A DNA stretch of 64,000 nt from Bacteroidales bacterium (GCA_014800685.1 JAAVFQ010000015.1:15767-79766), one strand, 5' to 3'. Shown: positions 41,734 to 52,213, counted from the first letter of the stretch. The notes: generated by a model from the sequence alone, not told the origin. Translations and numbers: made by a program.

Positions 41734-42600
41734 TCAATGAATATGGCGCTCTGCATGATAACTTGACCTTACCATCGGAGCACTCTCTATGTGTCTGAAT
41801 CCTTTTTCTTTTCCTATCAGACGATATTCTTTAAACACATCCGGATGCACATATTCCTGAATAGGATAATGCTCCTTAGTAGGCTGAAGATACTGGCCTA
41901 TAGTCATAACCTCGCAGCCAACCTCACGCAAATCATCCATTGTCTGAATTATTTCCTCACGAGTCTCTCCGAGCCCGAGCATTATGCCTGATTTAGAGCG
42001 TATTCCACTTTTGGCGATATGTCTGAGCACGTCAAGGGAGGTATCATAAGTGGCAAAACATCTCACTTCAGGCGTCAGTCTTCTCACTGTTTCCATATTG
42101 TGAGAAATGATATCCGGACGCTCTGCTATAACCACGTCTACCAAATCAAGATTTCCCTTGAAGTCAGGGATAAGGACCTCCATGGTCACCCCGGGACACT
42201 CTCTCTTTAACGTTCGGATCATATCCGCCCAATGAGAGGCGCCGCAGTCAGGCAAGTCATCACGGTCTACAGATGTTATGACTATATGCTTGAGCCCTAA
42301 TTCTTTCACGGACTTTACAATATCATCGATTTCCCGGCGGTTGAGAGGCTCCGGTTTGCCGGTGGCCACATTGCAGAATTTGCAGCTTCGGGTGCACACG
42401 TTTCCGCCAATCATGAAGGTAGCCGTTCCGGCCCCCCAGCATTCGCCTCTATTAGGACACATGCCGGAACTGCATATAGTGTGCAGATGCTTCTCATTTA
42501 GTAATCCTACCACCTGACTTGTCTTAAAACCTCGTGGAAGTTTTATTTTAAGCCAATCCGGTTTTCTTCTGAAATCAGCAGGGGATTTTTTATCTTCCAT
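41734..42600 (-). CDS. lipA: Lipoyl synthase
   Basis: CSSGMCPNRGEC, CTRSCKFC, VRSSYHA. Confidence 0.97.
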   Translation of the reverse strand: MEDKKSPADFRRKPDWLKIKLPRGFKTSQVVGLLNEKHLHTICSSGMCPNRGECWGAGTATFMIGGNVCTRSCKFCNVATGKPEPLNRREIDDIVKSVKELGLKHIVITSVDRDDLPDCGASHWADMIRTLKRECPGVTMEVLIPDFKGNLDLVDVVIAERPDIISHNMETVRRLTPEVRCFATYDTSLDVLRHIAKSGIRSKSGIMLGLGETREEIIQTMDDLREVGCEVMTIGQYLQPTKEHYPIQEYVHPDVFKEYRLIGKEKGFRHIESAPMVRSSYHAERHIH

Positions 42601-42650
42601 AATTATTAATCGTCCGTTCTAAAAGATGTAATTATTTTAAATTTGTCAAA

Positions 42651-43244
42651 TCACTTTAAATTGTGAGGTCGGTCGGCCTCAGTGATTTTGCGTACTACTT
42701 TGCAGGGATTTCCCACAGCGAAAACTCCGGCAGGGATAGATTTGGTGACTACGCTTCCGGCTCCTATTACGCTTCCGGCTCCTATTTCCACTCCGGGAAG
42801 TATCTTGCAGTCTCCGGCTATCCACACGTCGTCTCCTATACTCACAGGCTTTGCAGTCATTATCCCTTCATTTCTTTCGGTTGCGGTCAGAGCATGTATT
42901 ATAGTATAAATGCTGCAATTAGGGCCTAAGAACACGTTGTCTCCGATAGTCACCTGCGCCTCATCAAGAATGATGAGATTAAAGTTAGCTACGAAATTTT
43001 CACCAATCGAGATATAGCATCCGAAATCGCAATGAAATGGCGAATTGATGACAAATCTCTCCCCGAGACGCCCAACTATTTGACGGATAAGAGCCTCTCG
43101 TTCCTCAATGCGTGATGGAGGAAGAGAATTATACCGAAAGCATTTGTCGGCTACTTCTGTCAGCTTTTCCGAAACGTCAGGACGTATGCCCGGCACCCAC
43201 TCTCCGTTTTGCATTCGGAGCATAAGTTCTTCAATCTTTTTCAT
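42651..43244 (-). CDS. Maltose/galactoside O-acetyltransferase family (hexapeptide repeats)
   Basis: PFHCDFG, IGDNVFLGP, PVSIGDDVWI, GAGSVVTK, GNPCKV; likely start 43244. Confidence 0.9.
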   Translation of the reverse strand: MKKIEELMLRMQNGEWVPGIRPDVSEKLTEVADKCFRYNSLPPSRIEEREALIRQIVGRLGERFVINSPFHCDFGCYISIGENFVANFNLIILDEAQVTIGDNVFLGPNCSIYTIIHALTATERNEGIMTAKPVSIGDDVWIAGDCKILPGVEIGAGSVIGAGSVVTKSIPAGVFAVGNPCKVVRKITEADRPHNLK

Positions 43245-43968
43245 CTTTATCCTCTTCGGGCAGCGCTGTCTGAATAGCTTCACGACACTGTGCCATTAAC
43301 TGCTTAGTATTAAACCCACGCTCACCTGGGAAGATAGGCTTATGGATTGTCATCGTAATTGTGCAGGGAGTGACGTTATATGTACTTCTGGGCATTGCCT
43401 TGAAGGCGCCATCTATCGTAATGGGCACCACCGGGAGCTTAAACTCTGAGGCAAGCATAAAGGCTCCTCTTTTGAACGGAATCATTTTCCCGTCCCAAGT
43501 TCGGCTTCCCTCCGGAAATATCACCAGCGACATACCGTCTCTTAGCGTTTCTTCCGACTCTTCGATAGTTTCACGGATTGAAGCCAGCTTAGTGTCATCT
43601 ACCAATATATGATGCGCGCTTTTACATGCTCTCCCCACGAGAAATATTTTCTCAAGACTCTTCTTCATGAGCCATTTAAAATTGTGGTTGAGATAGCCAT
43701 AAATGCTCCAGATGTCAAAGGCACCTTGATGGTTAGCTACAAAAACGTATGAGGTGCCCTTATCAATATTTTCACGGCCAACGACTCTGACTCTGATACA
43801 AAAGAAAAAGCAGACTGCCCTTGACCACCAGTGTGCCGGCCAGTAGCCCCAATAGTTTCCGTTGCCGAGCGAGCAGCCTATAATGGTCACCAAAGCAGTC
43901 AGAATTGTTAGCACAAGCAGAATAGGCGCCGCTATGACCCATTGATATACTCTGAACAGATATTTCAT
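43231..43968 (-). CDS. plsC: 1-acyl-sn-glycerol-3-phosphate acyltransferase
   Basis: ANHQGAFD (HX4D), FPEGSRT, FKRGAF. Confidence 0.92.
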   Translation of the reverse strand: MKYLFRVYQWVIAAPILLVLTILTALVTIIGCSLGNGNYWGYWPAHWWSRAVCFFFCIRVRVVGRENIDKGTSYVFVANHQGAFDIWSIYGYLNHNFKWLMKKSLEKIFLVGRACKSAHHILVDDTKLASIRETIEESEETLRDGMSLVIFPEGSRTWDGKMIPFKRGAFMLASEFKLPVVPITIDGAFKAMPRSTYNVTPCTITMTIHKPIFPGERGFNTKQLMAQCREAIQTALPEEDKDEKD

Positions 43969-43972
43969 ACTA

Positions 43973-44004
43973 CAAAGTTAGCGATTTTGATTGAGATACA
44001 CAAG
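43973..44004 (-). promoter_or_regulatory. Promoter abutting plsC start
   Basis: CTTG - 20 nt - TAACTTTG, ending 4 nt before the ATG. Confidence 0.7.
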
Positions 44005-44166
44005 AAGTTAATCAACAAACAAAGTGCTGCAATACCGCCTATCATGATATTAACCTCAAAACACTCGAAGACCACTTGCGGCAGGGATTAGGCTCTCTTT
44101 ATTTTTGTTTGTGGGTTTGGTTCTAAATCAGGACAAAGAACAGTTTAAACAACTTCATTGAAAAAG

Positions 44167-44198
44167 TTTGGTCAATACCGATTTTTTAATTAATTTTG
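44167..44198 (+). promoter_or_regulatory. Promoter for rfbA-rfbC
   Basis: TTTG (44167-44170) - 20 nt - TAATTTTG (44191-44198). Confidence 0.75.
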
Positions 44199-44266
44199 TA
44201 TTCATATCCTGATTTAATATTTGGGAGATCTACGTTGTATAATTTGTTAGAAAACGTTCAAGCATA

Positions 44267-45199
44267 GTGGCACTAAAAGGTATCATTCTTGCCGGAGGAA
44301 GCGGCACTCGTCTCTATCCGATTACCAAGGGGGTAAGCAAGCAGCTTCTTCCTATATATGATAAGCCCATGGTATATTATCCTTTATCTACCCTTATGAT
44401 GGCTGGTATAAGGGATATTCTTCTTATATCCACTCCGGAAGACCTACCCTCATTTAAAAGGCTTCTGGGCTCCGGAGATTCTTTTGGAGTCACTATGAGC
44501 TATGCGGAACAGCCGTCGCCCGACGGACTTGCTCAGGCATTCATAATAGGACGTGATTTTATCGGCGATGACGATGTTTGCCTTGTGCTTGGTGATAACA
44601 TCTATTATGGAGCCGGATTTGAAGATATTTTGAAAAGTGCCACTTCCGCGCTGCGTGATGAAAGAATGGCTACTGTATTCGGCTATTGGGTGAATGACCC
44701 TCAGAGATATGGTGTTGCCACTTTCGATGAGAATGGAAGATGCATAGATATTGAGGAAAAACCGGAGCATCCTCGTTCCAATTATGCAGTTACGGGATTA
44801 TATTTTTATCCTAATGAGGTAGTGGAGATAGCTCAAAATATCAAGCCCTCAGCCCGTGGCGAATTAGAAATCACAAGCGTTAATCAGGAGTTTCTCAAGC
44901 GCGGATTGCTTAGGGTCGAGCCTCTGGGCCGTGGCTTTGCATGGCTTGACACCGGCACGCATGACTCTCTGGCTGACGCCTCGATATTTGTTGAAGTGAT
45001 TGAAAAGAGACAGGGGCTGAAAATCGCTTGTCTGGAGGGGATAGCTTTCCGGAAAGGCTGGATATCAAAGGAGCAACTGCTTCGTCAGGCTGAAATTATG
45101 AAAGGGAATCAGTATGGTCGTTATCTTCTTAAAGTAGCAGAGGAGGGAAACGCAATAAATCGCTACGAATTTTGCCAGAATGGAAATAGAAAAAACTGA
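44267..45199 (+). CDS. rfbA: Glucose-1-phosphate thymidylyltransferase
   Basis: [52 protein letters not shown]. Confidence 0.97.
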   Translation: MALKGIILAGGSGTRLYPITKGVSKQLLPIYDKPMVYYPLSTLMMAGIRDILLISTPEDLPSFKRLLGSGDSFGVTMSYAEQPSPDGLAQAFIIGRDFIGDDDVCLVLGDNIYYGAGFEDILKSATSALRDERMATVFGYWVNDPQRYGVATFDENGRCIDIEEKPEHPRSNYAVTGLYFYPNEVVEIAQNIKPSARGELEITSVNQEFLKRGLLRVEPLGRGFAWLDTGTHDSLADASIFVEVIEKRQGLKIACLEGIAFRKGWISKEQLLRQAEIMKGNQYGRYLLKVAEEGNAINRYEFCQNGNRKN

Positions 45200-45722
45200 C
45201 ATAGAAGGCGTTGTTCTCATTCGCCCAAAGGTTTATACGGATGAGAGAGGATATTTCATGGAGACTTTCTCCGATAGGTGGTTCAGAGAGAACGTAGCCG
45301 ACGTGGATTTCGTACAAGACAATGAAAGCCGGTCTACATTCGGCGTAATACGAGGCCTTCATTTCCAGCGCCCTCCCTTTGCGCAAGGCAAACTGGTGAG
45401 ATGCACGCGAGGTAAAGTGCTTGATATCGCTTTAGATATCCGCTCCGGATCGCCCACCTACGGACATTGGGTATCTGCTGTCCTTTCTGATGAGAATAAA
45501 TGTCAATTTTATGTGCCGGAGGGGTTTGCCCATGGATTCGCAGTTCTGAGTGGAGAAGCTGTGTTCCAATATAAATGTACGAATTATTACCATCCGGAAG
45601 CTGAGGGAGGAATAGCGCTTGATTCTGTCGGCATCGAATGGCAAATACCGGCCTTAAAGAGAATCATATCAGCAAAGGACTTGAATCACGTTGACTTTTG
45701 TGATTTCAAGACTCCTTTCTAA
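45180..45722 (+). CDS. rfbC: dTDP-4-dehydrorhamnose 3,5-epimerase
   Basis: [29 protein letters not shown]. Confidence 0.96.
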   Translation: MEIEKTDIEGVVLIRPKVYTDERGYFMETFSDRWFRENVADVDFVQDNESRSTFGVIRGLHFQRPPFAQGKLVRCTRGKVLDIALDIRSGSPTYGHWVSAVLSDENKCQFYVPEGFAHGFAVLSGEAVFQYKCTNYYHPEAEGGIALDSVGIEWQIPALKRIISAKDLNHVDFCDFKTPF

Positions 45723-45758
45723 ATTCAGAAAAGAATACACCCGCTGAAAACAACCTTT

Positions 45759-46718
45759 TTATTTGTCTTTCATGCCATCTTCTCCGGATGAAGGTGGAGT
45801 GACTTCATTTATAAAATATACCGGTCGCTGCTTGGTCTCGAGGAAAATTCTTCCTATATATTCACCTATGATTCCAAGTGCAAGAAGAATGAATCCGCCG
45901 AGAAAAAGAATAACGGCCATCAGAGAGGGATATCCTGCCACCGGTTCTCCCCATATAATGGTCTTAATCAAGACATATATCAGATAGCAGAAAGCTCCCA
46001 AAGAGACTATGATTCCTGCATAGCTCGCCAGCCGTAAAGGCAACACCGAATGAGCCATCAGTCCATCCATAGCAAGATGAATAAGTTTCGGAAGTGTCCA
46101 TTTGGTCGTTCCTGCCACTCGTGGAGCAATATCATAGTCTACCGGCGTCTTATCATAACCGATCCAGGCATACATCCCCTTAGTATATCGCTGAGACTCC
46201 CGCATGGATCTGAGTGCATCCACGCATTTCCTGTCGAGCAGACGAAAATCTCCGGCATCATCAGAAAGGTCTACGTCTGACACATTAGAGAGTATCTTAT
46301 GATATAGTCGTGAAGAAAACTTCTTTGCTGCAGACTGTCTGCGCATCCTTCGTCTGCCATATACGTCACAACTGCCATTTTCCCACTCTGCCAGCATCAT
46401 AGGAATGACGGAAGGGGGCTCCTGCAAATCTGCATCAAGAGTAATGACACAGTCCCCGGTGGAATAGTCAAATCCCGCAAGCATGCCCACCTCTTTGCCG
46501 TAGTTCCGCGATAAGTCCACGATTCTTACCCTTTTGTCTTTACCGGCAAACTCTCTGAGCAGCTGAAGGGTATTGTCTTTGGATCCATCATTTATGAATA
46601 GCAACTCGAAGTCATATCTATTTTCGAGACTCGCCATCACGCGGCATATTTCCGCATAAAAATAGGGGAGTGCTTCCTGCTCATTATAGCAGGGCACAAG
46701 AAGGGTCACTCTCTTCAT
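45759..46718 (-). CDS. GT2 polyprenol-phosphate glycosyltransferase (GtrB/YkcC-like)
   Basis: VPCYNE, INDGSKD, SRNYGKE, LDADLQ, GDFRL, two C-terminal TM helices, GEYIGRI. Confidence 0.9.
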   Translation of the reverse strand: MKRVTLLVPCYNEQEALPYFYAEICRVMASLENRYDFELLFINDGSKDNTLQLLREFAGKDKRVRIVDLSRNYGKEVGMLAGFDYSTGDCVITLDADLQEPPSVIPMMLAEWENGSCDVYGRRRMRRQSAAKKFSSRLYHKILSNVSDVDLSDDAGDFRLLDRKCVDALRSMRESQRYTKGMYAWIGYDKTPVDYDIAPRVAGTTKWTLPKLIHLAMDGLMAHSVLPLRLASYAGIIVSLGAFCYLIYVLIKTIIWGEPVAGYPSLMAVILFLGGFILLALGIIGEYIGRIFLETKQRPVYFINEVTPPSSGEDGMKDK

Positions 46719-46726
46719 CGTGAATT

Positions 46727-47407
46727 TTAATCGGAGGGATTCTCTTTTTTAGCACCTGCGTCCTCAGCTGTTTCCGCTTCCGCTTTCACTTCTTCTTTCT
46801 GAGACTCACGCACCTCTCTATTGATTTTGTCTATATAGTCAAGGAGTTCTTCGCGTCCCCTGGCTTTTTCTGAAGAGGTTATAAAAATGGGTGGCAACTC
46901 CTCCCAATGCAGATGCAAGAAACGTTTATATGCCTCTACATTGCGAAGGGCTGCATTTGGTCCGAGTTTGTCTGCTTTTGTAAATACGATGGCAAAGGGG
47001 ACTTCGTGCTCGCCAAGCCAATCAAGAAACTCACAGTCTATTTTCTGCGGATCATGGCGAATATCTATAAGCACAAATAGACACGTCATCTGTCTGCGAT
47101 GAAGTATATACGTCTCTATGATTCTGCCAAATTCTTCGCGCTGCGATTTTCCTCTCGCTGCATAGCCATAGCCGGGCAAATCCACTATATACCATTCTCC
47201 ATTATTTATGGAAAAATGATTGATCAGCAAGGTCTTTCCCGGTTTCTGAGATGTCTTCGCAAGCGATTTGTTGCGGCAGAGCATATTTATCAACGAGGAT
47301 TTTCCCACGTTAGAGCGGCCGATAAATGCATATTCCGGCACATCTGTATCGGGACATTTTTTGACATCGGCATTGCTGATTAAATATTTTGCATTCTTGA
47401 TTTCCAT
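46727..47407 (-). CDS. yihA: Ribosome biogenesis GTPase EngB
   Basis: [29 protein letters not shown]. Confidence 0.96.
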   Translation of the reverse strand: MEIKNAKYLISNADVKKCPDTDVPEYAFIGRSNVGKSSLINMLCRNKSLAKTSQKPGKTLLINHFSINNGEWYIVDLPGYGYAARGKSQREEFGRIIETYILHRRQMTCLFVLIDIRHDPQKIDCEFLDWLGEHEVPFAIVFTKADKLGPNAALRNVEAYKRFLHLHWEELPPIFITSSEKARGREELLDYIDKINREVRESQKEEVKAEAETAEDAGAKKENPSD

Positions 47408-47517
47408 AAAACCTTTAAATAAGTAATCGAGAATGATATGAAGAATCTATCTCAAATCTCGAATATTTCACAAAGAGTAGGGGCTTTCTCTATCATATTT
47501 TCCGCCCTTACCCTCCA

Positions 47518-48915
47518 TTATAACGTTTCAGAATCCGAAATTCCTGTTCCTCCGAAAAATGATGAGTGCGCCAGACGAAGTGCACGCGTCACGTCTTGCT
47601 CCGGTATGACGAAAGATATCGTAGTCTGAGAAGAGCCGGTAGAGGAGGCAAGAACGTCTATACCATCTCTTTGTAAAGTATTGAAAAGTCTGGCCTTTAT
47701 TCGCGTATCTGAGCGTATATTATCTCCTACCACAGCCAGTGTGGCAAGATCCGGGATGGCAAGAGTTTCTGTAATGTCGCCGGAAAGTATTTCCGGAGCA
47801 AACTCCTCTTCCACTACTTTAAGCGCTCTTTCAAGATCGGGAGTGCCCACTGCGAAAGCGAAAACAGCCTTTTCGTCATCTGGCTGTCTCACGAGATAAA
47901 CATTTATACCATTCTTAGCTAAGGCATTAAATGTCCTGGAATTAATCTCCGGAACGTTAGATGCACATTCTCCATAAATTTCCACAAGTGAGGTCTGTCT
48001 CACCGCTGATATGCCCTTGACAGGAATGTCTGTGACCTTTGCCGAGTCGGTGATCCACGTGCCCGGCGCCTCCGGATTAAAAGTATTCAGAATCCTGATA
48101 GGGATGTTTTTATGAAACACAGGGTAAATGGTAGGGGGATAAATCACCTTGGCACCGAAACTACATAGCTCCATACTCTCGATAAATGTCATGTGAACCA
48201 CTACAAATGCCTCCGGAATTATTCTCGGATCAGCCGTCATGAATCCATCTACATCTGTCCATATCTGAAGCACCTCAGCATCAAGGGCTGCCGCTATCAA
48301 AGCAGCCGTGTAGTCACTACCCCCTCTGCCAAGGTTTGTTATCTCACCGGTGTCACGATCCGTGGAAATAAATCCTCCTGCGACGGCTATTTCATAGTCT
48401 TCAGAGAATGTGTCTTTTATGAGAGTATTAGTAAGTTCTGTGTCAGCTATATTCTTATTAAACCATTTTTCGGTCTTTACATAGTCAAGAGAGTTGAAAT
48501 GACGCGCGCCATCTATCATTCTGCTGACGATGACACTGGAAATTCGTTCTCCAAAACTAACCACTACGTCAAGGGTTCTACCCGGCAAGTCGCCAAGCAA
48601 TGCGATTCCATCATAGTTTCTTTCCAACTCATCAAGTAGCGGATTGATAATCTCAAGGACTTCTCCCTTCTTATCCTCAGCAATGACATCATTCACTATG
48701 TTATAATGACGCAGGCGTATACTCTGCATTTCGTCTTTATATGAGCCATTCCCCTCCGCAGCCATTTTTGCGGTGGCTATGAGTTTATCTGTAAGACCTC
48801 CGAGAGCCGAAACAATTACTACACACCTGTCTTTAAGTCCCTCAACTATCTTTTTGACATTGCCGAGACTTTCTGATGTGCCGACGGAGGTTCCTCCAAA
48901 TTTTAGAACTTTCAT
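47518..48915 (-). CDS. Aspartate kinase (ThrA-type kinase plus two ACT domains, no homoserine dehydrogenase)
   Basis: KFGGTSVG, VSALGG, SFGE, LGRGGSDYTA, WTDVDG, FGAKVIYP; ends HSSFFGGTGISDSETL. Confidence 0.9.
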   Translation of the reverse strand: MKVLKFGGTSVGTSESLGNVKKIVEGLKDRCVVIVSALGGLTDKLIATAKMAAEGNGSYKDEMQSIRLRHYNIVNDVIAEDKKGEVLEIINPLLDELERNYDGIALLGDLPGRTLDVVVSFGERISSVIVSRMIDGARHFNSLDYVKTEKWFNKNIADTELTNTLIKDTFSEDYEIAVAGGFISTDRDTGEITNLGRGGSDYTAALIAAALDAEVLQIWTDVDGFMTADPRIIPEAFVVVHMTFIESMELCSFGAKVIYPPTIYPVFHKNIPIRILNTFNPEAPGTWITDSAKVTDIPVKGISAVRQTSLVEIYGECASNVPEINSRTFNALAKNGINVYLVRQPDDEKAVFAFAVGTPDLERALKVVEEEFAPEILSGDITETLAIPDLATLAVVGDNIRSDTRIKARLFNTLQRDGIDVLASSTGSSQTTISFVIPEQDVTRALRLAHSSFFGGTGISDSETL

Positions 48916-48966
48916 AAGCTACGATTAATGTAAAAGCTCTATTATTAGCTTTCATTTCTTAATCTG

Positions 48967-48998
48967 CAAAGTTAATAAAAACTACACAAATTTGCAAG
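48967..48998 (-). promoter_or_regulatory. Promoter for aspartate kinase
   Basis: CTTG - 20 nt - TAACTTTG (48974-48967). Confidence 0.6.
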
Positions 48999-49086
48999 AC
49001 GTGTCCGGGGCATGTCTACGAAGCCGAAAGATGTCACGGCATCTATATAATGTATATAATGATTTTTTTGAGTCTGAGATTTAATA

Positions 49087-49238
49087 AAAGTGCCCCCCGA
49101 ATATGAAGGGCACTTTGTAAGTAAGTGAGAAAAATTAATGTACATATAAAACGAAGTGATTTTGGATATAATTTCGCGGCGAAACGAAGGGAGATATAAG
49201 CATATCTGACTGAGAGTCAACGCAAAATGAGTCCAAAA
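49087..49238 (+). ncRNA. Candidate structured intergenic element, copy B (with preceding hairpin)
   Basis: AAAGTGCCC/GGGCACTTT hairpin; outer stem TTTTGGA/TCCAAAA; AGATAT/ATATCT and GAC/GTC hairpins; core homologous to 4152-4184. Confidence 0.5.
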
Positions 49239-49324
49239 GGGCAAGTTTTATTGTACAAGAGTTTTCATCTCACATATATCGTTTAATTTTTCGAACTTAC
49301 TTAATTATTTTATGAAGGAAATTT

Positions 49325-49990
49325 TTAATGGAGCCAATAGAGTATAGAGGCAGACACGCACCTCTGCTTGCCATTTCCATAATAGGATGCGTTGGCCAGA
49401 CCCAAATCATATTCCACCTTTAAGCCAAGGTGTCGCCATTTCGCATTAATGGCGAATGACAGACCGCCATCCGCTCTGTTACACGGGCGATAGGATGGTC
49501 TGTAGGAATATGAATTACTCTTATCATTCCCGAAAGTGCTGACTCTGACGTCGTATGGCTGATTAAAAGCATCTATGCCTCTTACAAACGAATCCCCATT
49601 CACACCAACGGCAAAATATGCCCCAAGCTCCGGTTTGAGAGTAAAGCCATTTCCTAAATCGAATTTGTAGCCTGCCATGACCGGTATCTGCAAATAATCC
49701 ATCTCTGAAAATTTAACAGAGCTAATCGTTGTATTCATGAGAGTCTCGCCCTTTATCGTGGCTCCTTTCCGGATATAGAATAGTCCGGACTCAAAGCTAA
49801 GATTATTCCGGAGGGTAAACTCTGCGTCGGCTCCAACCTTAAACCCATTTCTTGATTTGGCACTTCCATCACTGACAGAGAGTGTGCTATTTACATATCC
49901 TGCTTCTATGCCGAAGTTCCAGCTTTGAGCATTAGCAGAGAAGGCAGCTGCCATCAAAAGAAATGATGATAAAATCTTAATACATTTCAT
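49325..49990 (-). CDS. Outer-membrane beta-barrel (porin family) protein
   Basis: Signal peptide ending ANA, amphipathic strands, YLQIPVMAGYKF, aromatic C-terminus. Confidence 0.8.
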   Translation of the reverse strand: MKCIKILSSFLLMAAAFSANAQSWNFGIEAGYVNSTLSVSDGSAKSRNGFKVGADAEFTLRNNLSFESGLFYIRKGATIKGETLMNTTISSVKFSEMDYLQIPVMAGYKFDLGNGFTLKPELGAYFAVGVNGDSFVRGIDAFNQPYDVRVSTFGNDKSNSYSYRPSYRPCNRADGGLSFAINAKWRHLGLKVEYDLGLANASYYGNGKQRCVSASILYWLH

Positions 49991-50105
49991 ACTATTACGG
50001 TTTTTATATTATTCTCACACCTTGACAGTGCTCTTTTTCCCATTAATTCTCAGCTTTACTTTTGGATTAGAGAATTGTGAGACATAAGGAGAATGTTATC
50101 TTATG

Positions 50106-50137
50106 CAAAATTAGCAATATTTCTTTAGGCAAACAAA
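50106..50137 (-). promoter_or_regulatory. Promoter for the beta-barrel gene
   Basis: TTTG - 20 nt - TAATTTTG on minus strand. Confidence 0.65.
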
Positions 50138-50247
50138 TTCTTAAAGTAATAAATAACATTAATATAAAACTTACTGCGACAGCCAACCATTACTCTTATA
50201 AATAGGTTGTAATAGTATGAAAGGATGAACATCAGAAAGAAAATATA

Positions 50248-50853
50248 ATGCCTATTATGGAATGGAACAAAATATTACGCTTTTCAGGAGGCGACGCACG
50301 CGAATTGATTCGTGGTGATCTTCTCATTGCCGAGCCTCTTCTCAGGGAACAGTTCTTTAATAGAGCTGTCATACTTCTTCTTGATGTAGAGAAGAATAGC
50401 GTCATGGGACTCGCTCTTAACAAACGCACTAATCTGTATCTTTCAGATATTATCCCGGAATGGGAAGGAGGCGCCGGCATCCCACTTTATTGCGGTGGTC
50501 CGGTAGATACTTCACGTCTCTTCATGCTGCACACTCTTGGCGATATTTTCACTGGATCAAATGAAATATGCCCCGGAATATATGTCGGCGGGAGGTTAGA
50601 GGATATAATTGATTATATTGAGGAAGGTGGCGATATTTCGGGCAAAATTCGCTTCTTTTTAGGATATAGCGGTTGGGACGGAGACCAATTAAGAGAAGAG
50701 CGTAGCGAGGGTGTGTGGATTTCCAATTATGCCGATAACTCGACGAATCTTCTTAGTGGAAGCGGGAATACATTCTGGCGAACACAGGTTAAAAGACTTG
50801 GTCCGAAGTTCCGTAGCTGGCTGTCTGTGCCTCAAGACCCCTCTATGAACTGA
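50248..50853 (+). CDS. YqgE/AlgH family protein
   Basis: LLIAEP, FNRAVI, GLALNK, CGGPV, RFFLGYSGW..QL, PSMN end. Confidence 0.92.
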   Translation: MPIMEWNKILRFSGGDARELIRGDLLIAEPLLREQFFNRAVILLLDVEKNSVMGLALNKRTNLYLSDIIPEWEGGAGIPLYCGGPVDTSRLFMLHTLGDIFTGSNEICPGIYVGGRLEDIIDYIEEGGDISGKIRFFLGYSGWDGDQLREERSEGVWISNYADNSTNLLSGSGNTFWRTQVKRLGPKFRSWLSVPQDPSMN

Positions 50854-51408
50854 CTACAAGTTTTTTTGCAGCAACATTACATCTCTTTCACGGTGCCAAT
50901 TTTTTAAAGTGCCGGCGTGCATAAAACCACACCGCCGGAATACCGAGAAGCTAATCTCTTCGCCAACAAGAATATGTGCGAGCAAATTCTTTAATCCCAG
51001 AATATGTCGGCAATAATTCATGCCTGCCTTCACACTCTCTACTGCCAACCCTCTTCCTCTCCACGAGGGAAGAATATAAATGCCAATGATAGCTCTTCTG
51101 TGAAGCATTGACACCTCAAACAGGTCAAAAATACCTATCGGCTCTTCCTCTTCTACATCCTCTATTACAAGTCGTAGTTGTCCTTCATTAAAGGGGTCGG
51201 CAGAGTAGGAGAGGGCATATTGCAGAAGTAGGTCTCTGGAATATGGAGCCACCGTGTCGGTGACTGCCCAGTGAGAACTATCGTTCTCCACTGCATAAAG
51301 GAGTTCAACATCCGACACTTCCAACGCCCGAAGTCTGACTCTCTTTGTCGTCTCTTCAGGCATCTGAATTTTTATCTCTGTTTCACTCTGCATATTCTGT
51401 ATCGACAT
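50854..51408 (-). CDS. GNAT family N-acetyltransferase (RimJ/SpeG-like)
   Basis: LRALEVSD, LRLVIE, IGIYILPSWRGRG, GTLKNW. Confidence 0.85.
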   Translation of the reverse strand: MSIQNMQSETEIKIQMPEETTKRVRLRALEVSDVELLYAVENDSSHWAVTDTVAPYSRDLLLQYALSYSADPFNEGQLRLVIEDVEEEEPIGIFDLFEVSMLHRRAIIGIYILPSWRGRGLAVESVKAGMNYCRHILGLKNLLAHILVGEEISFSVFRRCGFMHAGTLKNWHRERDVMLLQKNL

Positions 51409-51417
51409 GATTGCCCT

Positions 51418-52041
51418 TTATTTGTGAAACGTATCAGAAAAAAGCACCCTGTCCTGAATAGAACGGCCAAGTGTGAGCTCATCAGTATATTCCAATTCAT
51501 TGCCTATACTTAGCCCACGTGCGAGCAGACTCACCCGAACGGGCAAATCAGATAGTTTACGATAAATATAATAGTTGGTGGTGTCTCCTTCCATCGTAGG
51601 GCTAAGAGCAAGAATCACCTCCTTAATACCCTCATTCTTAACCCTCTCTACAAGCGAATCTATCTCAATATCAGATGGCGCAATTCCTTCAAGAGGTGTT
51701 ATAAGACCGCCAAGCACGTGATATAGACCATGGTGAACATGAGTGGCCTCAACCGTTATGACGTCCTTAACATTCTCGACTACACAAACTGTGGTCTGAT
51801 CTCTCTTCCTATCAGCGCAGATAGGACACTCAGGAGTCTCGCTTATGTTGTGACACCGATGACAATAGCTTATCTCTTCTCTCATACGGATAATGGATTT
51901 GCCCAAAGCATCGGCTACTTCTTTATCCTGTCTTAAAAGATGAAGTGCCAGACGCAACGCAGTCTTTGACCCTATGCCCGGAAGCTTGGATAGTTCAGAG
52001 ACTGCATTCTCCAGGAGAGGAGAGTTGAAATTAAAGTCCAT
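51418..52041 (-). CDS. recR: Recombination protein RecR
   Basis: [12 protein letters not shown]4 zinc finger CHRC..CPIC, YHVLGG, TMEGDTT, ELEYTD. Confidence 0.97.
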   Translation of the reverse strand: MDFNFNSPLLENAVSELSKLPGIGSKTALRLALHLLRQDKEVADALGKSIIRMREEISYCHRCHNISETPECPICADRKRDQTTVCVVENVKDVITVEATHVHHGLYHVLGGLITPLEGIAPSDIEIDSLVERVKNEGIKEVILALSPTMEGDTTNYYIYRKLSDLPVRVSLLARGLSIGNELEYTDELTLGRSIQDRVLFSDTFHK

Positions 52042-52213
52042 TTCTGAAAAATATTAATTCAAATTTCGCAAATACGATATTTACACGGGAATTTCTCGTA
52101 TATTCGCTTGGCCATAAGTTTATATAATCAAATATCAAAGGAGTAGACCCCCACTACTAATAAACTTTAAGGAGAACTTGCAAAACTTGAGTTTATAAGA
52201 TTCCGAAGGATGA

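Noticed and set aside
42751-42786. Exact 18-nt tandem repeat ACGCTTCCGGCTCCTATT x2
   Set aside because: Encodes IGAGSV twice, the normal hexapeptide repeat of this acetyltransferase family
50848-50856. Abutting stop codons of convergent yqgE and GNAT genes
   Set aside because: Ordinary compact convergent arrangement
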